A program made the translations under genes and the position numbers. DNA of 64,000 bases, from contig NMRA01000033.1 in assembly GCA_002633005.1 (NCBI GenBank), positions 339,346-403,345 on the forward strand, in the 5' to 3' direction. Shown in pieces: positions 52,073-64,000 of the stretch (the first letter of the stretch is position 1; every line of letters starts with the position of its first letter). The notes beneath the pieces were generated by a model that worked only from the letters and a program-made list of their open reading frames with translations, did no database searches and was not told the DNA's origin. Source of the DNA: Phoronis australis. Taxonomy: Eukaryota; Animalia; Phoronida.

Positions 52073-53909
52073 GCGTTGGTGGCACTGACCACTATGGTTG
52101 CCACCAAACAAATAAGTTGCAGGGGGAAGGCCAGGCCTGGGGGAGGCCATAGTTTTGAGGTAGGTGTTGAATGTAGGCTCTGTTAATCTGGTTCATTTGG
52201 AATGAGAAAAGGCCACTTGTTCGGCTGTAGCAGCACTCTTCTTCAAGACGATGCTGAGTGGCAACTGAGAAATCGGCTGTGATTTCAGGTAGCCCTCTAA
52301 CAAGCCAGAATTACAAACAAGTTAGTGCTGTGACAGAAATTTTGGGCCACGTTTTTGGAATCCATAGGAAACTCGCTCTCAGAATCTATCTATGTTGACT
52401 TATATCGCGCAACGGCAGGGAGGTGGTGCTTTAGGGGTGAAAAGTGTCACTTTTGTTTTTTTACCCCTTTTTTCTTAGCCTACCTTGGTTTTCAGTAACA
52501 TAACGTGAAATGTTCGTGATAGAATCTCAGGGGTTACAGTGACTATAAACTTAATAGGCTTTTATCAGCAAGATTTCAATAGTTTATCACCCATTCTGGC
52601 TATAGGAGCAATAAACACGGTAATTAAGCCTGGTCTGGCAATGGAACTTAAGGCCTTCAGGTAATGTGTATAGGCGTGAAATCGCATGTTACTGGCGAAA
52701 CAAAGGTTTGTGGTTTTCTCAGGAATTTCCACCAACCCCAATGAGGCGAGGATTTTCGGGTCTTTCTATCATAACCAAAATGCGTAATAGGAGTGAAACG
52801 GCCAAAAATGCAAGACTAAATAATGTATTTGTGCTCATTTATAGAGTTTCTAATGTGAAATTACTCAAAACTTTTCGACAGAGTGTGTTCTTCTAGGCAA
52901 AACCAAGTGTAGAACTGTTCTGTCCTCCCACTCAAATTAACCAACAAACTAGTTTTGAGTTTCAGCAATAGAGGACCTACCATGAAGCACAGAAATAGAG
53001 GTTACAGAACATCAAAAAGCAAATGCTTTTCTGTGGCTTAACAAACCTTTATTCAAAGATTAAGTCACAAAAAGTACTAGACACACCAATAACAGATATT
53101 GACTTTAAACATCAATTAACTATTGATTTATCAAGTCTGGTGACAGGTGGTGGTACTAAATTTTCAGATACATGATTTATACATTTTTAACACTGGTTTG
53201 AGAGGTAGAGCAAGTTGCACTCCATTAGTCGCTCCAGTTTCAACTACACGTCTAAACACAAATGGGGCAGGACGGACAGGGATCATCTTTGAATGTGCTT
53301 GCACAATAGCGTATATTTGGGTGATCCGCTGGCATTCCACGTGGTTTGGACCTTGGTTTTTGTTTATGCGAGCATGCGCAGACAGTCCTCGTGTAAGTGA
53401 CTCTTGCTGATCCAGTTTGCAATCTAATGTTGCGTAAATACGACTTAAATGGAACAAGTCGCACCGTGACATCTTGCACCATTACAACTGTTCCTCACGT
53501 AAAAAACAGCTATTGACGTGTATTGAACACCAACTAATGAAACATGTGGACACCATTAGTGGTCAGTTTATGAGAAAGGGCGGCTGCACCTTTAGGTCAA
53601 GGTAAAGTGTATGTGACTATATGTGCAACACTTGCAAAGCAGAATTCCTTTGAAAAACGCATTATTTCAGACAATAAGTAGCGTGAAATAAGCATTTAAT
53701 CCATAAAAACTTCTTGGAGGGTATAGCATCAAGCTTACTTATTCCATGATTTAGACAGATTATGAAGATACAAACTCGTATTTTGAGTCAATAATTCTCC
53801 ATAATGACAGCTCATATCTGCACATTGACCAGTTCTATGGTGACAGGATTTTAATTCAAAGGATTTCTAAAAACTTTTTTGTGAAGTAATGCAGATCCCA
53901 TCAAGATTT

Positions 53910-53960
53910 GATCCTCGGATCTTCTTGATCCTCGGATCTTCTTGATCCTCAGATCTTCTT
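53910..53960. repeat. 17-bp tandem repeat x3
   Basis: GATCCTCGGATCTTCTT twice, then GATCCTCAGATCTTCTT. Confidence 0.9.
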
Positions 53961-55151
53961 GTTTGCAAGCCACCACTGCATCACCAGCACATCATCAAAC
54001 TGAGTCAATATGTTGGAGTTTTCACACTCCAAAACTGTGACATCGGCTGTGCTCAGTCAATGCTACACTTCTGGGGTCAACATTGGTTAAAGTTAATAAT
54101 TGCATAATAACGTCTAACAATTGGAAAAATTTACTGAAAACGCCAGGTATATTCATTGACACCAATCACCTTTGTGGCTCTTTTCAGCTGTCAATGTCTA
54201 TCGGTTTCACGGTTTCACAGCTCAGTATAACAGACTTGTATCTTAATTCAACATTCAATAAAGGTATTGTTACGAAAATAAGAAGAACATAAACTAGTAA
54301 GGACAAAAACAGTTGCTATGGATGGTGTGACAATAGATGTCGCTGTTACTAGTGATAACTTTAATGCAACTTCAGCAACTATAGAGTAAATTCAACTATC
54401 TAGATTATCAATTGATGAGTAAACCGTGGTCAATAAATAAATTTAATAAATAACAGTTAATTAGTTATTATTTAATAATACAATGCGTCATTGGACGCGT
54501 ACGTAGTTCTGTGGATCTATACTTGAAATAAAGTAGTTTTTCAAAATATATTATTACTTTCTATCAAGTATTCCGCATGCAGCCTCAAGCGCACAAGCTT
54601 TACATAAGGATCAGCACATCTTGTGCCATTGTCTTCAATTGCTTTTTTCTGTTTTGTCAGTTTTCTTCATTTGAATACAGGTGTAGCTTCAGACACTGTA
54701 ATAAACATAGACCAATTAAAAAGTGAAAGATTGTAAGTATCCAAAATAATCCCTACCGTATAATAGAAACTACTAAATAAACCAAAAGTTACTGATCAGC
54801 CCATTGTGTTACAAGGAAAGTTAAACAAAGACGTGTTCTTTAAATTATTTCTTTAAAATGAAGTAAGAAAATGCCTACTAACAATTTTATTTGACACCTC
54901 CTTTTTAGAAGTGCACACTTCAACAGCTAACAACTGGCTTATCACTAGGATTACACACATGAACATAATCCTGACACGTCTCATTTGATCAACATAACAG
55001 GGCTCAACCTCATTAATTTCGGTAAATTGAAATTTCTCCAAGTTCTTTGCCTTGACTTAAAATTTGTTTGTATTTAGTTTTTTTGTTCGCACTCAACAGG
55101 TCAAACTTCTCACTCAGTTGGGGTAGAATTTACACAAAACGTGTGTGGCCT

Positions 55152-56157
55152 CAGTGGCGGATCTAGGATATCACAAGGGGGGGGGGCCCAACATTTTGTC
55201 CAGCTGTAAACATTTGCGCAAACTGAACCACGATTGTAGATGCGCATAGCACCGAATGGGGGGGAGGTCGGGAGGGGGGGGTTTGCCCCCCGCCCAGGAA
55301 ATTTTTCTGTTTTTACCTCTAAAAATCAAATATTTCCCTCGATTCCTGAAGTATTATCCAAGAAAAAAAGGCAAAAAAAACACGAACATGTCAAACAGGA
55401 AAAACTGCAAGTACCAAAGACTCGAACTCACGACCTTGTGCATAGAGCGCGCGTGCGTTACCACTACACCACCACGTTTTAACTACTTATATCATACTAA
55501 GAGACCTACTTGTTTATGGTCCACAGCGTTTGCGCGCGAAACCTACTTCTTTTTGTAATGCTTATTACACGTTTTGTGCCATCGATTCTTAACAAATTTG
55601 TCGTATTTAAAATAGTCTTCAAATGCCCAAAAGACCAAATCCGTTTTTCGTGTTGGCAATAATGACAGGATTGCTTTGGAAATCGTCTTAACATAAGGTT
55701 TGACAAAGAGAGTATTGCGAGTTTCTGAGTGATTCACTAAGGCTTCGATTAAAATTCCCATCTTACCAGCAGCTTCTGTTTTTCCATCGTCACTCAGGTT
55801 CCATTTTCTTTAAAAAAAGAAGTAAATTTTCTTCATTGCACAGTGGAGCAGACGACGGAAACTGAGTCGTAGTGCGCAGCGCCACTGCCGGTCGCCTGGG
55901 ATATCGCGGGAGAGCCTATACTTAGCCATAGTTCCGTTACGAATGCGCCGTGTTCCGAATTTGACACTTGAAATTGGATTTGAGCCCTCCCCCCCACACT
56001 AAAACTGCACACATTTTAATCTTTTTTCATCCGTATAATTTTAATTACCGGGGTTAATTGATTAACTCAACATTTCCCTACGCTCTTACTGTTTTATTTT
56101 TTTGCGGCAGCCAAGGGGGGGCCCGGGCCCCCTGAGCCCCCCCTAAATCCGCCTATG
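55152..56157. mobile_element. hAT-like non-autonomous element with 5-bp TSD
   Basis: TIRs CAGTGGCGGATCTAGG...CCTAAATCCGCCTATG; GGCCT duplicated at 55147-55151 and 56158-56162. Confidence 0.8.
55411..55476 (-). other. tRNA-like Pol III promoter head inside a DNA transposon
   Basis: Minus strand has A box TGGTGTAGTGG, a pairable D-stem, B box GAGTTCGAGTC and a T run about 30 nt downstream. Acceptor and anticodon stems are imperfect. Confidence 0.65.
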
Positions 56158-57048
56158 GGCCTGTGAATGGCTCGAAGCCTACTGTTTTTGACTGAAATTT
56201 GAAGTCAGATGGCGTCAGCCATTTTTCACGATTTTGGTTTAATCTCAGTCCAGCAATTCTGCTTAAGGACGGATGTTAGATTCTTTTAGCTCAAAAGAAC
56301 TCTGTCACAACCACGTTTAAAGCTGTACCTCCTGTCTTTTAGCGCAGTTCATACTACTCATCTGGACAATATGACAAGGGTTAGTCTGTGTGTGGACGGC
56401 ACAAAAGAAAAGTCCTCTACTGCGGGGTGGTGAAGACAACTCCACTCCCATTGCGTTGCTTAAAGACAGGTTACACATTACAGGTTGGAGCTGAAAGAAG
56501 GAACATCATTTGCATCTTGTGCAGTACGTCTCTTTTCTACTGTTGTAGTTAACACATTATGGATGTTCAAACAATGAAAAACTTCAATTTTCTGTGATGA
56601 ATTTAGTTTGTATAGTCTACAGTTGGCTGGGAAAAAATATTGCCACGATGCAGGCACTACGTTATTGCCTAGGTTATTGCCAACAGCCATCTTTGTTCAC
56701 TAATTTCCAAACAACAGAAGCCAATCATGAAAGTCCAGCCAGTGTGGTAAGAGGCATTGTAAACCCAGCTGATAAAATTGCCAGTTGGGAAATCAGATGG
56801 AGTGCCTGAAGAGCAGTTATTGTGTAGCAGGGGTAATAAGAATAGCAATAATAATTGGAGAAATGATCTTGTCTATACACAGCTGTCATGGAACCGAGGA
56901 ACGTGTTTTGAAGAGAAATGCCTTTATTGGTCTTGATGAAATGAATTTGAAACAGTTGGTTAGAGCCAAATATGATCAAAATCCGCTCAATATTACAGGA
57001 GCTAGAGTGATGACAAGTACGAGCACAAAAAAAATCTTGGCATATCCT

Positions 57049-58789
57049 GAACACATCCACTAACACAAGAAACTGTAGGAACACCACATTTATTCACCTT
57101 CACTCTTATCAGGCTTCTATTGTGAGTCACCATGCGTGAATAATTGGCTGATAAGCCACCTCTAGAACTACTTTTGGCTGAATGGATGACCAGGCCATAA
57201 AATGATAATTAGCCAAGACCAGTTACTAATGCAACAAAGAATAATGTCATAGCATCACCTAGCCTTGGTGGAAAGCTGTATACTGTATTGGCTCTAATAA
57301 ACGCTTAGAAAAATTCATTTCACAGGGAGGGGATTCTTATTGTAGCCTATGGCAGTTGACAGCCGGTTTCCCAAACGGGTAAAATCGGAAGCTAGGATTC
57401 ATAAAATTTACGCTCTGTGAAGTATTTTTAGCCTATGACAGTCTTTCTACAAAATTGTGGTGCATTGCTATGAACTTCCGTGGTTAAATTACGATAATTG
57501 TTCAAAAAATTGTGCTCATCATAGGGCGAAAACTTGCTGACTGATGCGTCGCTGAATCGCCATCGTCAATAGGAAAACTTGAACTCTTGAATAAAAATAT
57601 AGTTTCGACTCAACAAATTACCTGAAATCTTCCTTATGTTCTACAATTTTTAAAGTTCGTGTGGAGTCCAGATTAATTGCGATTAAGTGCAAATCTGCGC
57701 TACATCGTACTCCACAACACGAGAAAAATCTCTGGATGAACACACATGTTGTTGTCACGTGACGTTTGTTTTGAAGTTCGTCTGCGTATGAGAGTGAGTG
57801 CCGGAGCGTGCGTGTGTGGGTCATCGACGATAGACTTTTTTGTTACAAAAGGCGGAGGATTATGCAGGAAAATGGCGTTTACTAGATTGTTTTTTCATTT
57901 AAACGGCTGCAACGTGCAAGGTGAGTGCTGGTTAACTCACAGATTTTGTGTGCACAGGCCGACGGTCGTTAGCTCTACCGTGGAGTATTAATAGTCCAAG
58001 GCTCGATCTACATGTTGGGGACGAAGTGAACTACCCGGGCTGTGTGAAATTTCTGGGTCTAACGGAGACACTGACGCAGTGGTCAGCCAGCTCGCTGTAT
58101 CAAGACTATAGTCAAAATCCAAATTCGTTTTATCGTGTCCCTGTCAATAATAACGGCATGCTAAAGTTTCTTAATTTTCGTACTTCAGGAACATAACAAT
58201 CACGTGTTTTGTACACATACGCGCACGCCGCAGATCACATCTCGGAAATTGCCGATTTGACGGATGACAATGAATGAGCACAATGAAATTAAACAACGTC
58301 GTTTTACAGCTTGTAAGATTCATAATAAACGTATTTTGAATATTGCAATGCATGTGTTCCAAAATCTAAATAACTTGGGTCCTATATTTTTGTATTCGTG
58401 CGCGCCGATTGAAAGTAATCGTGAGTGTTGCTGTGTTGCAAAATCTCTTATCCTGGACCGATTTGAAAAATTCAAAGTTGTACTCATATTTGTTTTCGCT
58501 CCTCTTTTCAAATGTTACAGTAAAAACTACATGTAACTCTCTCCATAAAAAGTACAGTCTGCTAGGTAGATTGTAATCAGCTGATCATATCCGCATGAGC
58601 GAAGCCAATTATCTTCGGTCGTGACTCGATGAATAGAGCAGCTTGGCGGCATCACTTTGATCGTGAGCCGAGCGCGACTCAGCCAAGGTGGATTAATATG
58701 GTCTAGTTCAATTTTCCATACCCCACCGTTTACCTTGACGACCGGGGTTAGGACCAATCTTATTTAGTGGGACTGTTCATAGCATGGGC
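57049..58789 (-). repeat. ~1.7-kb dispersed repeat, copy 2 (inverted relative to 31457-32943)
   Basis: Reverse-complement match to copy 1, with an extra ~290 bp at ~57929-58220. The outer end abuts TTAA at 58790-58793. Confidence 0.92.
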
Positions 58790-60647
58790 TTAATAATAAT
58801 AAAAAATGCTGAATTCCAAGTGTCTGAGCTATCGACAGTAAACAGGCATGAACAAAATTTGATCAAAATCCAATCACAAATACAGAAAACTAGAGTCATG
58901 ATAACCTTAATTCGGACGGGCGCTGAGACATAAGCACATGCAAGGAGAGCGTTTAAAAATAAACAGTCACAGTTTCAGCAACACCTTGCCTTTAATAGTG
59001 TGGAAAAACACACACACTCCTACTATCTGTTATTTGACAAGCTTGCGCAAAAAGTTTGAGAAGTCTGACTTATCACACATTTAGTTTATAAAAGTGCAGG
59101 TCACCCGAGTTTGGCAAATTAGGTTTTTTCATATTTTATACATCATAACAAATCATGGTTTTTGCTGGATATAGGTACAAAGGCCCCCAAAGTTGAGAGT
59201 CTGTGCATTCTCTAACAATAACTGCGAAAAAAAATAACCGCTGTCTCTGGAAAATCGGATTCGTGATCTCTTGCTAAAGAGTAAGAGACTTTTCATGTTA
59301 GCGTTCTTTAGATTAAGAAGTGCAAGAAAGTGACTTCCGATTGATCCCGACTCGGATTTCGTGACCAAAAATTCAATTACTACATGGTGGTCCTTTAACA
59401 TAAAAGCAGAGGAATAAATCCCACTGTTGGACCATCCTATTGTATGATTGGTTTAACTTCAATAGTATATTTTAGCTTTTTGACACTGTCAGTGATCGAA
59501 ATTCTACCGCTATATCAGTGGCAGCCACTGGTTTTGTTGCAGATATTTCTTTGCAGTGGGAAATCTGTGAACACGTTCTTGTTCATCCATGGATATATCA
59601 AAAGATTAGCCTTTTTTGTGAGACATTAGTACATCAGATCACCACACAGCAGTGGAAACTTGCCTGCATTACAATTGCAGGAGAAGTGTTAAAACGCTTT
59701 TTATACCAGTAGGTTGAAATCTCCCGTCCACATTACATGGGATCTGTAAGTCAGGCACTGAACGCCTGTCAACCAGAGCTGATCGCAGTCTGGCGGGATA
59801 GTAAATATGACACGACTATTTCGAAAGTCACCCATTCAAGGACATGCAACAACAGGGATTTTTGCGCCATACTAAATATCAAGATTTGCTGTGATATATA
59901 ACATCCAAAAAATAAATTTGATATCAATTTATCCATCTTATATGGCAAACCCAGTTCCAGTAACATTTAACATCATACCTGGCCTCAAACCCAATCCAAA
60001 TTTAAGCATTTTGGGCACTAATCCTCGTCACTCTCATAGTTTTGTCTGGATTTAACTTCCACATGTGTTTACCTACACATTTATTGACAAAAGCCCTGAG
60101 GACCTTACGTGTACTTGAGCACTGGGGGGGTTGGCCGCGAAGTCGGGTTCCCCTTCCACAGACCGTCAGGGCAAAGGTTGTACAGTAACAATGATTTGAA
60201 TAATTTATTTCTATTTCTAAATAAAGATTTCCCTAACATGTGACTACAGCACATAAAATCGAGTAATTGTTTCACAACAGCTTTCTGTCCGCAAACTCTG
60301 AATTAGCATGCGCTCACACGGCCTCGGGTGCCCGGTCAATTACCTTTATTGCTGGCATCAAAAGCTGGTAATGCAGAGGTTATTCATTGCTGGCTTCTCA
60401 ACATTTGCACTCACAATACTGCAAAGGCATTGCAAATTGTATCTAATGAGACAGACTTCGTTTCAGTTTCATATAAGCATTGGTTAGGATGAGAATAATT
60501 CATTTGAAACAGAAGCAGAATAATAAACGTCTACATGGCAACTCGCCCCGCGGCAATCCCGACTTAGTCAAGAGCTCATCCGACGAAGACTTCACGGGTC
60601 AGGTCGTTAGGTTTCACAGGCTATCAGTTCAAATCGGAATACACTGA

Positions 60648-60947
60648 TCAAGAAATGCTAGAGAGGCGCCGTGAACATGCACAGGCAACGAAATGTACGG
60701 ATAGTTCTTTGGTAAGCTGGAATTTGTCAGAGAAATCACTGTCGACGTAATGCCAGCCACAGACACGGAGATGTTTCACGGCCTCATACTTGCTATCAAC
60801 AGCGTACCTTTCATTCTTCACTACCGCGAGCCACTTCCTAAGCATTGCGGGCTCTCGAAGAAGTCGAAAAAAGAATATACCCACTTTCTTCGCAGCTTCA
60901 TAGTTCGGACAAGCGCGAACGATGCACCGCAATGTAGCGGCATTCAC
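60648..60947 (-). pseudogene. THAP zinc-finger domain pseudogene (transposon-derived)
   Basis: C-IVRA-C-PN...FFRLLREP...RKWLAVVK...LRVCGWHYVDSDF matches the C2CH THAP pattern. The natural-looking ATG-CCG (MP) start at 60943 is out of frame with the domain, the conserved Pro reads Leu, and the AVPTIF box is lost. Confidence 0.8.
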
Positions 60948-61086
60948 TCTGCAGACGAACCACTGATGTCGCTGCGTCGTTTTTCACCTTTCTCACAGGT
61001 TAACGCGACACCTCTCAGCAAGGTGAGGTCGACTGTGTAAGAGGCGATGTGGAGAGACTGATTAAGACGGTAAAAAAAGACTAATT

Positions 61087-61110
61087 AAATCGGGTGGCAT
61101 TCTCCTTTAA
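61087..61110 (-). mobile_element. Kolobok-like terminus upstream of the THAP remnant
   Basis: Minus strand TTAA|AGGAGAATGCCACCCG, ~160 bp upstream of the THAP start. I could not find the matching other end. Confidence 0.5.
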
Positions 61111-64000
61111 CCATGGCTACAGATCATTTTTTAAAAATAATTGATTTCAGAAAAATCTCACTAGTGTGGGACATAATATGACAGACAGGTGACATTGCAT
61201 TCTCCGATTTTTCTGTAAATGACACACAGTACCAGAATGATGCATCGCCATATACAGTATCATAGCTAACAACAGAAAATATTGTAGACATTCCCGACAA
61301 TGTGAGAAGCTCTTCAAAACAAAAAATTGCTGTACAAAAGAGCACAAGAAGATTGACACAGTGGTTCTTCACTTGTATTTCACACAAAATCGATTAAATA
61401 TATTTCCTGATAATCAGTGTGTGCCAAACAAACTGTGTAATATATAGATTTTCTAGTTAATGTGACATAATGAGTCAACTGCCGCGGCATGAATTTAACA
61501 AAATGCAGACAACAGTTTGCTAACTGATCCAGTTAACAGTAATTAACTTGCATTATCCTGATTATATACACTACCGTCCACACACAAACTTATGTCTCCA
61601 TTCCCCAACAAAATTCTGAGAACAGCGAAATGTTAACTTTGGCTATCTTCAGTTGATGCGTCACGGACGTGAGACGACGATAAGAAAACCAACCTGGCAA
61701 ATGTCACTTAATATTCATGATCATAAAAAGCAATACTTTATGCAGATCATAGAAACATGTTTAATGAATATGTTTAACAATAAATCTCATTTAGTTGATT
61801 GGTCTGTAGCTGGGAGTGCCTAGTCAAACAATGGACTAACCAAACCAAACAATGAAGTATGTAATTTGCATTAATTCGGTGCTGCAAATGGCTGTATGAA
61901 AGAGTTAGGTAAGCTGTATACAGCTTCATAGCTTTGAAGGATAAAATCAATACCTCATTAAAATCTAAAAGTTCGGATTGTGTTACCAGAATTTCTGATG
62001 AACTGATCAAAACAGGTTTTTAAAATGAAACCAGAAACGAATTTGTTAACTTCGACTTCAAGAATTATCCATGATCACAGACAGCACTGCCACTTAGTCA
62101 ACTGATGACAAAACGGTAACTCCGGTGTAAACTAATAATGAATTTCAATTCATATACAAAGCTTAATGGATCAATAACTTGAAAAACAATACACAGTTAA
62201 TGAAAACTCTCGCATCTAGGCAGTCCTTTGCCAGAATTAAATAAAGAGAAAGTGAACATACCAGAACATGCAATATGTGGATAAAAACATTGCCCGGTAT
62301 GTGAGACAATGCTCACTAGATGGTGCTAATGTAGAATTCACACATTCACTTGGGTATCGAAAGACAAAGCGGAAAAATTCCAAGACATATATTTTCTATT
62401 CAAAACTCAGTACAGGACCAACAAAACTCAGAAACAGAATCTATCATGCCAGGACCTTTAGTTTATCAGTTAGGACCAAAATAAAACCGTCAGGACCAAA
62501 GATTTTTCACGCCAGGACCGAAAACTCAGTCACACTAAGGACCCAAAGTTTTCATGCCAGGAGCCATCCATTATCCGACAATGACAATCTGGTGTGACTC
62601 AGCCATATTCAGGTCTATTGCGTCCAAGTGCACATTGGCCTCAGTTGTAAAGTGACTGGAAGAGACAACAGAAACTCAAACTCATTGTTACGATAACATG
62701 ACCGTCGACGAGAAATTGTTGAATGCTTAGCCCTTGTGTACCTCAGTAACAACTTGAGGGCTAAATGCGTGTAGACGGTCACATGGTCTCCTGGCATGAA
62801 AATTTTCTGGCATGAGCCAATGTAAAAAACTAAAACTGCCACTAGGGGGCAGAGTGGTACTTGAATCGGTCTGAAACTTGTGGTCATCTGACGTCAGCCG
62901 CATAGAAACACACCCATAACGCTAAAATGATCGTGATAGAATATCAGGGGTTACCGGGACTATAAACTTGACGTCACGCTTTTATCAGCAATTTCAATAC
63001 CCACTCGGCTGTGGGGGCAATAAATATGATACTTACGCTTGGTCTGGCAATGGAACTATTTTTAAGTGAATGGTGAGACGCCTTACATCAACGCAACATT
63101 CATATATGAAACTGTTTTCGTCAGCCTTAAGTTTATACTAGTACAGCACTTTTTCGAAAAGTCTCAGTTTAGTCAACCCAATACATACAGAATAAGAAGG
63201 TTCAGGAAAAGCACAATCGTGTCGCATTAAAACGTACCTGTCATTTATAACGTTTGATCGCTCCAGTATACTCTTTCTGCAATTCATTTTTAACGAACAC
63301 GGACAGAGAAATTCAAACACATGCGTGTTTGTGGATGGTACAACCACCAAATAACTATGTTGCGGTCAAACGGCCGTTCAGTATTGATACTAATATGGTG
63401 GTCTTCAAAAGTTCACGACAATTCTCGTGGAAAACAGATGGAATTTTGAAGCAAAAACTTTCAGTAAATTTTCAACAACTTTCAGTGTCATTTTTAGTCC
63501 AACTTCCTTCCGGATTTTCACAGTGACTTCTGACAAAAATCGTCAACTCTTGAAATTAACATCATTTTCAGCGCTTTTCATCGGTATTTTCGCTTTACGA
63601 CAACAATATATGTGCTTTAACATGGTCATCTGTCGCTCTCATTTTGAAACAGCAAAAAACGACGAAACTTTACAGCTCACACGTGCTCACGACACAGACG
63701 AGACCGAATTACTCAGAATACTGTGGCACTGCGCAAATTAGACCATTGCGGATTCATAAATTTGCGAAATTTGTTACTTTCTCAGGAATTTTAGCTCAGG
63801 TTTACTGATATTCCATGCCAGTTTCTGTGTACTTACTTTAAAATTAAAAGTGTAAATTAAATTGTTAATGAATATAAAATTCAAAACAAAGGAAACCGCT
63901 TGACCGTGTAGTAATACTAAAAGTTACTTCAAACTCGGCTGATCTGATCGAAGCGACCTCTGCTAAAACTTCACCAATATTTACGGAGAGAGCACTTACG

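Noticed and set aside
56785-57063. 92-aa ORF as a gene
   Set aside because: It has a non-ATG start, and its 3' half runs through repeat-derived sequence into the inverted-repeat copy.
31457-58789. Polinton/Maverick or other giant element defined by the long inverted repeats
   Set aside because: The interior has no long ORFs (no polB, integrase or capsid), the arms are substantially diverged, and I found no TSD at the outer ends.

Overview
AT-rich (roughly 35-40% GC by eye), repeat-dense eukaryotic DNA, most likely from an invertebrate animal. I see no intact or recognisable protein-coding gene, rRNA, functional tRNA or CRISPR array. Nearly all ORFs in the supplied track are chance or repeat-derived. 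The window reads as intronic/intergenic sequence filled with non-autonomous DNA transposons: hAT-like with 8-bp and 5-bp TSDs, TTAA-flanked Kolobok-like, TA-flanked Tc2-like, and Helentron-like elements with internal satellite arrays. It also holds decayed retroelement fragments (CR1/L2-type RT, L1/Tx1-type zinc knuckle, probable Penelope) and a frameshifted THAP-domain pseudogene next to a Kolobok-like end. The signals most worth following up are: (1) a ~960-bp element with 41-bp terminal direct repeats, a tRNA-like Pol III head and a ~170-bp palindrome; (2) Helentron-like arrays that place a co-oriented CTCF-consensus-like motif about every 145 bp; (3) a ~1.5-kb repeat present twice in inverted orientation around 24 kb; (4) minus-strand splice-signal-bounded candidate exons and alternative first exons, plus three identical RFX X-boxes, suggesting the 5' part of a large minus-strand gene whose body lies left of the window. 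Family assignments come from TIR/TSD and motif recognition by eye, not from database searches. I cannot support a new biological system beyond these hypotheses.
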